From assembly GCF_009914755.1 (NCBI RefSeq), contig NC_060936.1: DNA of 64,000 nucleotides; one strand, 5' to 3'. The position numbers and the translations under genes are program-made. The DNA is from the human T2T-CHM13v2.0 reference genome, Homo sapiens. Shown here piece by piece: positions 37,366 to 49,221 of the stretch (within the stretch, counting starts at the first letter, position 1; every line of letters starts with the position of its first letter). Below the pieces are notes generated by a model. That model worked only from the letters and a program-made list of their open reading frames with translations. It searched no databases and was not told the origin of the DNA.

Positions 37366-38490
37366 TTTAGGTAGTTTTGCCTTTCAGCAGGTCAAAAACA
37401 AATTAATGGATGAAAAAGATTGTAATCTTTCTCCCAATGTGTGCAATGATCTCCTCAAAATGATTACTGCTATAGTTGAAAAAGAGTGTATACCAGCACA
37501 AAGTTAAAATTTGTACTGGTACAAAGTTCTACTTTTGTACAAAGCAGAAAATTACTAGTGCATACCAAAGAAAAGAACAGGAAATTCCTGTTTTTCCTGA
37601 GAGAACTTGTTCCCATATACCATTAATATTATTCCATGTAGCAGAATTTTTTTGGGTAAGTGTTCCATAATATGTGTACTAGTTACATGCAATAAAGACT
37701 TAGAACTGTACTAGAAATAAAAAATAATACAATATGAAACTATAACTCTGTCTTTGTTTTTTAGGTCCATAATGCAAATTAAGTGTGTTTTTTTTTGTTG
37801 ATTTTCTGTCTGGAAGATCTGTCTAATGCGCAAAGTGGGGTGTTGAAGTCTCCAGAGAATATTTTATTGGCATCTCTCTCTTTAGCTCTAATAATATTTG
37901 CTTTATATATCTGGGTGCTTCAGTGTTGGGCCCATATACATTTAAAACTGTTATATTCTCTTGCTGAATTGACCCCTTTATTATTACACAGTGACCTTTA
38001 ATGACCTTTTTGTCCCTTCTTATAGTTTTTGTATTGAAATCTACTTTGGTATAGATATGGCTATTTCAGCTCTTTTTTGGCATAAATTTTTATTTTACAT
38101 TCAGCTACTCTATGTCTTTTGATTAAAGAGTTTAGTCTATTTACATTCAATGTTATTATTGATAAGTAATAACTTACTCCTGCCACTTCATTATGTGTTT
38201 TCTGGTTGTTTTGTGGTCTTCTCTTCCTGCTTTCCTTCCTGTCTTCCATTTAGTGAAGGTGATTTACTCTGGTGATATGACTTAGTTTCTTGCTTTTTAT
38301 TTTGTGTGTATCCATTGTATGTTTTGTGGTTTGAGGTCACCATGGGCCTTGTAAATATTATCTTATAACTCATTATTTCAAGCTAATAACAGCTTAACAA
38401 TGTTTGCATAAACAAACAAGCAAAAAGAAAACTAATAAAAATGCTACACGTAACCTTAATCCTCCCTCTTTCTAACATTTTTTTGTTTCT

Positions 38491-40327
38491 TTTCTGTTGT
38501 AACTTTTAAGTTCAGGGGCATATGTGCAGGTTTGTTATATAGGTAAACTCTTGTCATGGAGGTTTGTTGTACAGATTATTTAGTCACCTAGGTATTAAGC
38601 CTAGTACAAATTAGTCATTTTTCTTAATTCTATCCTCTCTGCCACCCTCCACCCTCCAGCAGGCCCCAGTGTCTGTCATTCCCCTCTATGTGTCCATGTG
38701 TTCTCATCATGTATCTCCTACTTATAAGTGAGAACATGCAGTATTTGGTTTTCTGTTCCTGTATTAGTTTGCTAAGGTTAATGGTCTCCAGCTCCATCTA
38801 TGTTTCTGCAAAGGACATGATCTTGTTCTTCTTTATGGAGGCATAGCATTCCATGGTGTATATATACCACATTTTCTTTATCCAATCTACTTCTGATGGG
38901 CATTTACATTGATTCCATGTCTTTGCTATTGTGAATAGTGCTGCAATGAACATATTTGTACATGTGTCTTTGTGATAGAATACTTTATATTCTTGTGGGT
39001 ATTATTCCAGTAATGGGATTGCTGGGTTGAATGACATTTCTTTTTTTAGGTCTTCGAGGAATCACCACACTACTTTCTACAACCTCACCAGCACCTGTTA
39101 TTTTTTGACTTTTTAATAATAGCCATCCTGACTGGTGTGAGAGGGTATCTCATTGTAGTTCTGATTTGCCAGGTCCATTTGATCCAATGTTGAGTTCAGG
39201 TCCTTAATATCTTTGTTACTTTTCTGTATTAATAATCTGTCTAATACTGTCAGTGGAGTGTTGAATTCTCCCATTATTATTGTGTGGGAGTCTAAGTCTC
39301 TTGGAAGGTCTCTAAGAACTTGCTTTATGAATCTTGGTGCTCCTGTGTTGGGTGCAATATATATTTATAATAGTTAGGTCTTCTTGTTGAATTGAACCCT
39401 TTACCAATATGTAATGCTCTTCTTTGTCTTTTTAAAAATCTCTGTTGATTTAAAGCCTGTCTTTCCTAAAATTAGGATTGCATCCCCTGCCTTTTTCTGT
39501 TTTCCATTTTCTTGGTAGACTGTCCTCCATTCCTTTATTTTGAAGCTATGAATGTCATTGCATGGGAGATTGTTCTCTTGAAGACAGCATGCCAAGGGTC
39601 TTGGTTCTTTATCCAGCTTGCCACTCTGTGCCATTTAATTGGGGGCATTTAGCCCATTTACATCCAAGGATAGTATTGATATGTGTAGATTTCATCCTGT
39701 CATCATGATGTTAGCTGGTTGTTATGGAGACTTGTTTGTGTGGTTGCTTTATAGTGTCACTAGTCAGTGTAGTTTAGTATGTTTTTGTAGTGGCTAATAA
39801 TCTTTCCTTTCCATGTTTAGTGCTTCTTTCAGGAGCTCTTGTAAGGCAGGTCTGGTGATGATGAACTCCCTCAGCATTTGCTTGTCTGGAAAGGATATTA
39901 TTTCTTTTTCACTTATGTAGCTTAGTTTGGCCAGATACGAAATTCTGTGTTGGGATTTCTTTTCTTTAAGAATGTTGAATATTGGCTCCCAATCTCTTCT
40001 GGCTTGTGGGGTTTCTGCTGAGAGGTCTGCTGTTAGTCTGATGGACTTCCCTTTGTAGGCAACCTGACCTCTCTGTCTTCCTATCTTTAATTTTTTTTTC
40101 ATTTTGACTTTGGAGAATGTGATAATTATGTGCATAATAATCCCATAATTCTTGAAGGTTTTGTTTACTCCTCTCTATTCTTTTTTCTCTACTCTTGTTT
40201 GACTGTCTTATTTTAGAAATCCAGTGTGTAAAGTTTGAGATTGTTTCCTCAGCTTGGTCTATTCTGCTATTAATATTTGTGATTGCATTATGAAATTGAT
40301 GTAGTGTATTTTTCAGCACTATCAGGT
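38491..40327 (-). mobile_element. L1PA (older primate) element with large internal deletion
   Basis: 3' UTR 38491-39170 joined to ORF2 N-terminus/ORF1 (IRLTADLSAETPQARRDW in ORF 39794-40135); degenerate TSD around ttt-taac-ttt-ttgtttct. Confidence 0.85.
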
Positions 40328-40807
40328 CTTTTTAACTTTTGTTGTTTCTATTTATATCTTATTGTACTGTCTATGTCTTGAAAAGTTGTAATTATATATT
40401 ATTTTTGATTGTTTTATTGTCTATTATTTTTAATTAGAGTAAGGATAGTTTACACACCACAGTTACAGTGTTATAATAGTCTATGTTTCTCTATGTACTT
40501 ACTATTACCAGTGAGTTTTTTTTACCTTCAGATGATTTCTCATTGCTCATTAATGTCCTTTTCTTTCTGATTGAAGTGCTCCCTTCAGCATTTCTTGTAG
40601 GACAGGTCTGGTGTTGCTGAAGTCTATCAGTTTTTGTTTGTCTGGGAAAGTTTTTATTTTTCATTTAAGCTTGAAGAATATTTTTCCTGGATATACTATT
40701 CTAAGGTTAAAGTTTTTTTTTTCTTTTACCTTAGTATGTCATGCCATTCTTTCCTGGCCTGTAAGGTTTGCACTGAAAAGCTTGCTCCATTGTATGTTAT
40801 TTATTTC

Positions 40808-41061
40808 TTTTTTTCTTTCTGTGAGTTCTTGGCTCACTGCAATCTCCGCCTCTCCAGTTCAAACAATTCTCCTGCCTCAGCCTCCTGAGCAGCTGGGATT
40901 ACAGGTGCCTGCCACCACACCTGGCTAATCTGTTTGTATTTTTAGTAGAGGTGGGGTTTCACCATGTTGGCCAGTCTGGTCTCGAACTCCTGACCTCAGG
41001 ATCTGCCTGCCTCGGCCTCCTAAAGTGCTGGTATTACAGGTGTGAGCCACTGCACTTGGCT
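40808..41061 (-). mobile_element. AluS with a ~40-bp deletion near its 3' end
   Basis: ctcctgcctcagcctcc...gtttcaccatgttggccag...gtgagccactgcac; TSD tgtatgttattt. Confidence 0.92.
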
Positions 41062-42143
41062 GTATGTTATTTCTTTACTTTTGCTGCTTTTAGCATCCTT
41101 TCTTTATCCTTGACCTTTGGGAGTTTGACTATTATGCCTTGATGTAGTCTTATTTGGGTTAAATCTGCTTGGTGTTCTATTACCTTCTTGTACTTGGATA
41201 TTTATATCTTTGACTAGCTTTGGAAAGTTCTCTTCCCTTTGAATTGTTATTATCCCTTTGCATAAACTTTCTACCCTGTCTGTTTCTTTACTTCTTTAAG
41301 GTAAGTAACTCTTAGAGTTCCCCATTTGAAGCTATTTTATAGATCCTGTAGGCATCATTGTTTTCTATTCTTTTTTTTTTCTTTTGTCTCCTCCAACTGT
41401 GTATTTCAAATAGCCTATCTTCAAGCTGACTAATTCTTTCTTCTCCTTGCTTGATTCTGCTATTAAAAGACTCTGATGCATTCTTCAGTATGCCAATTGA
41501 ATTTTTCAGCTCCAGAATTTCTGCTTGATTCTTTTTTATTATTTAAATCTCTTTGTTAAATTTATCCAGAATTCTCTGGATTATCAGACAGAGACTCTTG
41601 TCCTCTTTTCTTCCTTTTTTCAAAATATATAGTCTCCCTCTCTGTCCTGAGCCACTTAAAACTAGGGATGGAGTGATGAAGGCACCCCTGTGGCCACCAG
41701 CACTATGACTGTATTTGTCATATTCATCAGAGCTAAAGCCAGCACAGTACTGAGTCTCACCCAAGGGCTGCGGTAACAACTCCCTGACTACCATCTATGT
41801 TCCATCAGGGACCTGGTGCTCTACAATTAGCAAATGGCAAAGCCAGCCAGGTCTGTGTCCTTCTTTTCAGGGCAGTGAGGACCCCAAGGTCTTGAGTGGG
41901 TCCAGAAGTGCCATCCAGAAGTCAGGGACTAGAGTCAAAAACCTTAGATGTCTACTTGGTTTTCTATTGTATTGCAGCTGAGCTGGCACTCAACCCACAA
42001 TATGCAGTCCTTCCTACTCTTCCCTCCCCTTTCCAAAGGCTGAGGAACCTCACTCCATAGCTACTGCCACCACAGGCTTACAGAGAGTACTGTCAGATGA
42101 CCACTGATGTTTCCTTAAGGACCAAGGGCTCTTCCATTCCCTT

Positions 42144-42752
42144 TGATACAGGAATTAAGAAGTAATCACTTAGGCAGATAGTAAGGGCATGGTAATCTTG
42201 GTAAGGCTTTACTTTTTAATAAAAAGCAGCTCCAAACCATTTTCTAACAAAAGCAGCCTGTAAAGTCAAGTTGCAGACATAGACAAGCAAGCTAGGAGCT
42301 TGCACAGGTGAATGCCGGCAGGAACTAGGGACTAGACATGTTCAAGATGGCGGCTCCATCTTCCCTTCCCTGCCAGCCATATGTACAGTAAGGAGCAGAT
42401 AAAAATGGCACTGGCCAAAGAAAGTTTATTTGCACAATAAGATTAGGAGGGGCAACTAGCCTTCCCTGCACACTAGGTAAATGTCATACCTGATTGAACC
42501 AATCTGCGAGCCCTATGTAAATCAGACACTGCCTTCTCAAGCTGAACTATAAAATCCAGCATATCCACCACCAGCTGGTCTTTTTCACTCAGGGGACACC
42601 TCTCTCTCTACAGAGAGAGCTATTTTTCTTTCTCTTTTCTTCTGCCTATTAAACTTATGCTCCTAAACTCATCATGTGGGTCTGTGTCCTAACTTTTCCT
42701 GGAATGAGATGATGAAACCCAGATATATACCCCAGACAACATAGCTGCTTCA
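42144..42752 (+). promoter_or_regulatory. LTR9-family 5' LTR (609 bp)
   Basis: tgatacaggaattaagaag...ccccagacaacatagctgcttca; YY1 motif caagatggcggc 42343-42354; CCAAT, TATAAAA, ATTAAA signal. Confidence 0.82.
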
Positions 42753-42755
42753 TAT

Positions 42756-42774
42756 TGGGGACCTCATCCAAGAT
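42756..42774 (+). other. Primer-binding site, tRNA-Pro-like
   Basis: tggggacctcatccaagat vs TGGGGGCTCGTCCGGGAT, just 3' of the LTR. Confidence 0.7.
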
Positions 42775-43380
42775 ACCAAGGTACAACATTCATTGAAATG
42801 GTGAGTAGAGGAGCAGACTCAAACTCTGTCCTTTCATTTCAGGGCTCTCACCTCCATTTTAGAATGACATAAAATCAGTAACAGGCATTCATCAGCCAGT
42901 TAAAAACAGCATGGCTCCAGTTTTTGAAGACTCAGATGTGAGGCTCACTGGGGAGAACATGGAGAATCCCACAGCACCTACAGGTTGTTGGACATATTGG
43001 CCATATTTTAAGCTTCCTTTCACAGAGGACTTAGCTGTCACATGGGGCTGGAAGAGGTTTTGGAGCAACTGAGGATTTCTGGCTGGGGATACCCCCCAAT
43101 GTTATCTGAAGGCTTCTGGACTGACTCCAGCCTCCAACTGCCCAATGGGGTGTTGGCAACAAGATCTCCAAATTTTCTATCATAATTTCCTCCTTTTCTT
43201 TTCATGACCACCATATCTCCTGCCCTCTCTGTGTATGCAATGTACAGGAAGTTTTACAGTTAAGTGAAGTAATCTTGTTTAGCAAGATCAGGAAATGTTA
43301 TAGTAACCAGGAATATAGCTCAAGGGAAGGCGTCTTTGTGATTTTCTAGGAACACAGGGTCCCCAGCCCACAGTGAGCGT

Positions 43381-43552
43381 CACTCTCTGCCCTTGGTCTG
43401 GAGAGCATATGACATTTCCAGATCTCTCTCTGTCTTTGGTCTAGAGAGTACATGGCACTTCCAGGTCACTCTCTGCCCTTGGTTTGGAGAGAACATGGCA
43501 TTTCCAGGTTTCTCTGCCCTTGGTCTGGAGAGCATATGACATTTCAAGGTCA
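43381..43552 (+). repeat. ~43-bp tandem repeat x4 in the ERV leader
   Basis: Unit cactctctgcccttggtctggagagcatatgacatttccaggt, four diverged copies. Confidence 0.9.
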
Positions 43553-44300
43553 ACAGCACCACCCAGGGGATCCTCTCCATGTGGTGCATTGTTGGTCCTC
43601 TACCGAAACACTCTAGCTCCCCAATTCTCTCCCCTTTTTGTGCCTCTGTACTTGAAACCAGGCTTCATGCTGCTTCTGTAAATGGGAAAATTCTACCTTC
43701 AACAACTAGGAGTAAAATATCCTCAGAAGTGAAATTTTAGTATCAATACTGTCTTATCAGCAGGAAAATGGCCATTTGGTCCCTCCATTCTTTAAGGGCA
43801 CCTATTCTGCTTCCAATTAGAATGGTACTTAATTAGTGAGTGGATTTTAAGTTCAGAAGTTAACTGGACCCATTCTCTAAGGGTAAAAGTTTTCGCATGG
43901 GCCATAATAGCAAGATATAGAGCTCAAACCAGCACTCTTTCTCCATTAAGGAGGGAAGTAGAAAAGTTGCCCAAATGCAACTGTCACATAGTCTCTCCTG
44001 AGATCCATTTTTTGGGGAGCCAGGCAGGTCACACAAGTCTAGGAAGTCAAAGGGCAATCACAGGCAGAGGACTATAGTCATGTGGGTGAGTGTGACTAAT
44101 TCCAATCGCTTAGTTCTTCTGGTTCCATGTCTGGGGGTCAAGCCTGAAACCATGGGTGGCATGTTCAACAAGGTGCCAGGACCCAGGAACCATGGAGTGA
44201 ATACAGCAGAGGGGACACCACCACTGTCTTCCCCTCCACTTTGTGTCACATCAAAAGGAAGGAGACTAAATAGACACTTTTTTCTCACATCTCTTTCTAA

Positions 44301-45523
44301 ATGGGTAACACACTATCTTCAGCTTGCACACCTCTGGAGTGCATTCTGTAGCACAAGGACTCTTTGACCCTGAAACTTTAACGAAAAAGGGGCTCATTTG
44401 CTTTTGCACAAGAACTTGACCTTCTTACTAGACCATCGCAAGTGTTGCACAATCAACCCAGCTCTTTTAGCAGTCATGTCAGGCAGGCCTATAGAGAATG
44501 ATTCTCCCAAGTTAGAGAAGCAACTTCCAGGGGAACAATCTGTGAATCCCCCTTATTCAGTTCCCTAACTCCTCTAGTCTACTAATTACTGCAGGACCGT
44601 AGGCAAGTCAAGAGATTAGGTCGGTTTTCTGACGACCCTGAGAGATATATAGAAGACTTCCAAAATTTAACTCAGGTATTTGACCTCTCATGGAGAGATG
44701 TTATACTGCTCCTAAGCCAAACTCTAATTGCAGCTGAGAAGCAGGCAGCTCTGCAGGCAGCAGAGAGATTCAAAAATGTGTAATATGTCTCCTATAGTAG
44801 GCCTGAAAGGAAAAGGGGAAATAGGGAAGGCCGAGAAATAATGGAAACACCATTCCCAATAGGAAGGGAAGCAGTTTCTCTTGAAAACCCTAATTGGAAC
44901 CCCAATGATGCTACAGATGAATGGAAAAAGAAACATTTTTAAATGTGCATATTGGAGGGCCTACTAAGAACTAGGGCCAAACATCTTAATTGCTCTAAAC
45001 TGTCCATGATAGACCAAAAGCTGGATGAGAGTCCCGCAGCTTTTATGGAAAGACTTAGAGAGGCTAATAAAGCACACTTACCTATCCCCTGAATCAATGG
45101 AGGGACAGCTCATCCTAAAGGACAAGTTTATTATACAGGGAGCTCCTGATATTAGAAGGAAACTACAGAAGCAGGCTATAGGACCAGATAGCACCTTAGA
45201 GAACCTCCTGAAGGTGGCCACTTCAGTCTTTTATAATAGGGACAAGGAGGAGGACCAGGAGAAAGAGAGGAAGCAAAAGAGAAGGACAGAGTCTCTAGTA
45301 GCTGCTTCGCACACTTGCAAAATCCAGGATCCCTGAGGTGCATCCACTAGTTGCTATTGGTGCGGCATGTCAGGGTACTTTAAGAAGGAGTGCCCAGGCA
45401 GCAAGAAGAAATCACCATGACCCTGTCCAGCATGTGGCAGGGGACCACTGGAAATTGGGCTGCCCCCAGAAACAAAGGTCAGCAGGTTCAGAATCAGTCT
45501 TTCAGATAGTACAACTGGACTGA
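44301..45523 (+). pseudogene. gag: ERV gag remnant
   Basis: MGNTLSSACTPLECIL start (myristoylation Gly2), EGQLILKDKFIIQGAPDIRRKLQK capsid, CYWCGMSGYFKKEC degenerate knuckle, GAC TGA stop; internal stops. Confidence 0.85.
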
Positions 45524-48354
45524 TGCATCCCGGGGCTCAGACCCACAGCTCCAGTGACTCATACTGCCATTACAGCACAGGAGCTCTTTGTGATTCTGGA
45601 AATTGAAGTAAGGAAGGTGGATCTCCTTCTGGACACTGGAGTCAGCCTCTCTCTGCTCCTCTCTAATACAGGTCTTCCCTATTCCTATAGCACAACCATG
45701 AGGGGAGTCTCAGGAAAGACTTACATTTGATATACTTTTTTCAACCCATTAGTTGCAGATGGGGAAACCTACTATTTACACATGCCTTTTTAATCATGCT
45801 AGAAAACCTTATTAGGTTTTTATTTTTACCTTTATTAGGTAGAGACATTTTAGCTTACATGGGGGCCAATATCTTTATAGCCCCAGGACAATCTTTTTGT
45901 CTCCCCCTCGTGGAAGCTAATATCAATCCAGAAGTGTGGGCAACTCAAGGAAGAATAGGTTCAGCTGTAACTGTTAGGCCAATCCAAATTCATCTTAAAG
46001 ACCCCACTTTTTTTCCTAACCAGAAACAATATCCTCTAGAGCCAGAGGCTAAGAGACAGCTAGAAGCCATTATTAATAACCTAAAGATACAGGGCCTCTG
46101 CAAACCCTGCAACAGCCCCTGCAACACCCCAATATTAGGAGACTGCAAAAACCCAATGAGGAATGGAGACTAGTTCAGGACCTCCATCTCATTAATAAAG
46201 CTGTAGTCCCAATCCACCCAATAGTACTTAATCCCTATACCTTGCTGACCCAAATACTTGAGGGAACTAAATGGTTTATAGTCCTAGATTTAAAGGATGA
46301 CTCAAGGATTTTGAGATAGCCCTGATTTGTTTGGACAGGCATTGTCAAAAGACCTCTCTGAGTTTTCCCATGTTCAGGCCAAAGTTTTGCAATACATGGA
46401 CAATAATTTTTAGGCTATGGATACCTGGGTATGGTGAGATAGCTCATCCCTGGTATCATCACATAAGAGAAACTCAAGTGGCTAAAACTTATCTCCTAAC
46501 CTGGGAACCTGAAGCTCAAAAGGCCTTTATCCAGCTAACGCAGGCCCTACTTAAGGAACCAGCTCTCTGCCTTCCTGTAGGAAGGGCCTTCAATCTTTAT
46601 GTATCAGAAAGGAAGGGAATGGCTCTGGAGTCTTAACACAGGCCCAAGGACCAGTTCAATAGCCAGTGGGTTACTTGAGTAAGGAACTTGATTTGGTGGT
46701 TAAAGAAAGGCTAGCATGTCTCCAAACTATTGCCACAGTGGTCCTACTGGTCCCAGAAACATCCAAATTAACCCTGAGAAATGACTTAACTGTTTATACC
46801 CCATGTAATGTGGTGGGATTACTGTCCTCTAAGGGAAGCCTTTGGTTAACACACAGCAGCCTCCTTAAATATCAAGTTCTACTGTTAGAGAGTTCTACAA
46901 TCCAGTTAAAAACTTGCTCTCACTTAAATCCAGCTACTTTCCTACCTGAGGGAGCTGGGGAACTTGAACATGACCGTGAACAAGTTGTGGTACAGACCTA
47001 TGTGGCCAGGGAAGATCTCAAGGAAACTAACCTGGAAAATCCAGATTGGACCCTCTTCACAGATGGAAGCTCCTTTGTAGACTAAGGAGTCTGTAAGGCA
47101 GGATATGCAGTAGTCACTCTGAATAATGTTATTGAAAGTGTATCTCTCTTTCCAGGCACAAGCGCCCAACTAGCCCAGTTGATAGCTCTTACAAGAGCAC
47201 TTGAATTAAGCAAGGGAAAAGTGGCTAACATTTACACTGACTCCAAGTGTGCTTTCCTAGTTCTCCATGCTCATGCTACCATTTGGAAGGAAAGGCATTT
47301 TCTTACTACCCACCACCAATGGATCTCCTATAAAATACCATCAGGAAATTAACAGGTTATTATCCCTAGTTTTTCTTCCATGAGAAGTAGCAGTGATGCA
47401 TTGTAAGGGACATCAGAAGGGAGTAGATTAAATAGCCAAAGGAAACAAGTTAGGTGGTCAGGCAGCCAAATCAGCAACAAGGAAGCCTCACGACATCAAC
47501 ACACTTGAAGCTCCTCTAATGTGGGAAGGCTCCACAAGAGAAATCAAGCCTCAGTACTCCCCTGCAGAAATAGAATGGGCCTCTTCTCGAGGGTACACCT
47601 TCCAGCCCTCTGGATGACTGTAGTCAGAGGATGGCAAGCTCCCCTTGCCAGCCTCTAGCCAGTGGAAAGTACTTAAATTCCTTCACCAAGCTTTTCACTT
47701 GGGAAAGGATAAAACTTAACAATGTGCCCAGAGATTGTTTTCAGGAAAGAACTTACTAAGCACAGCAAAACAGTTTGTTATGCTTGTGAAGTCTGTCTTA
47801 AAAATAATCTCCTGAGAAGATGGCTCCTTCCTCCTCAAACCCAAAGGATGGGAAGCTATCCAGGGAAGGACTGGCAGATAGACTTCATTCACATGCCAAA
47901 GACAAAGGGCATCCAATACCTCCTGGTATGGGTAGATACTTCCACTAACTGGGTGGAAGCATTTCTATGCCATATAGAAAAGGCCTCTGAGGTAGTAAAG
48001 GTGTGTTAGTTAATGAAATCATTCCCCGTTTTGGTCTTCTTAAGTACCTCCAAAGTGACAACTACCCCTCATTTAAGGCAGCTATTTTTCAGGGGGTCTC
48101 AAAGGCACTAGGCATACGGTATCATCTCTATTGTGCTTGGAGACCCCAGTCCTCAGGAAAAGAGGAGAAGACAAATGATATCATCAAAAGACACCTCAGA
48201 AAACTGTCCCAAGAAACTCACCTTCCTTGGGTTATCCTTCTTTCCATGGCTTTACAGTGAGTAATAAACACCCCTTCAAAGTTAGGTCTAAGCCCTTCTG
48301 AGATACTGTATGGATGGCCTTTCCTCACTGATGATTTCTTATTAGACCAAGAAA
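45524..48354 (+). pseudogene. pol: ERV pro-pol remnant
   Basis: LLDTG protease site (~45626-45640), NSPCNTPILG and QYMDN (RT), FTDGSS and IYTDS (RNase H), PGKDWQIDFIHMP and LQSDN (integrase); frameshifts and deletions. Confidence 0.9.
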
Positions 48355-49221
48355 TCTAATAAGAAAGAGATTCTTGCAACTCTGACCAGTGCCCTATCCT
48401 GCTGTGGCTAAGCTGATATACAAGGTGCAAGACAAAGTCCTCTCCACTCTTCTCTCTTCAAGCGGGAAGAAGTGGTCTCTTCTGGAGCCATGAGCTGTTT
48501 TCCTGGGGTTAGAGGAGGGGTGATGTCAGCACTCCTTTAGCTATCCCAGCTTGTATCTCACTAGGTCATATGTCAGCCCAGTTCAGCACTAGGACTTGCC
48601 TAGAAAATGCAGTCCATGTGGCCTAGAATGTCTTTCAAGTTTATTTAGGGCCCCAACTCACTTTAGCCTGTGGTGATGAGGCTTGCAGGAACTCAAGTTC
48701 CAACTGCTGGAATTAATGATTCTCCTCTGGCTAGGGCTGTCTTAAAGACTCCCTCTGTGGATGGGCATTAGCTGAGTTTGGTCCAATTTTGTTTTCTGCT
48801 ATAACAGAGCAGCACTGAGTTCAATGCATTACAATTTCTGCACTCTCCCTCTCCTCAGCACACAGAAGCTCTCTCTACACCATGTTGTAGCCACCAGGGG
48901 CTGGAGATCAATGGCTTCAGTGATTCAAGAATGTTTTTTCTATCTTAGTGCCTCTTTCAGCAATATGAAGTTAAAACCAGGTAATGTGAATGCTCACCTT
49001 ATTTTTGGTTCTTTTGAAGGTACTTTTGGTGCGTGTACATATTTGTTAAATTGGTCTTGTGGGGCAGGGGGGAATGATTGGCAAAGCCTTCCATTCTGCC
49101 ATCTTTTTCTGCCCCTCCTATCTAACCCTTTTTTTTTTTTTGACAAGTAAGGAAGGACCTTTAGAATTGATGTAATCTGGTTGAGAAAAAAGGTATATCT
49201 CACAGACAGTACAATCCAATC

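Larger units (their letters stand above)
42144..48354 (+). mobile_element. HUERS-P3-type (class I ERV) provirus lacking env and the 3' LTR
   Basis: LTR9, Pro PBS, long leader, gag-pro-pol remnants; ends abruptly inside integrase and returns to L1MA. Confidence 0.82.
37760..49110 (-). mobile_element. Old L1MA-type element (5' UTR, ORF1, ORF2 endonuclease region), fragmented by nested L1PA, Alu and HUERS-P3
   Basis: Pieces 37760-38490, 40328-42143, 48367-49110; 5' terminus reads aaagatggcagaatggaaggc on the minus strand; endonuclease-like SIITLNVNRLNSLIKRHRVAE in ORF 38061-38249. Confidence 0.8.

Noticed and set aside
43381-43552. Regular repeats as a possible CRISPR array
   Set aside because: Head-to-tail tandem units without spacers, inside an ERV leader
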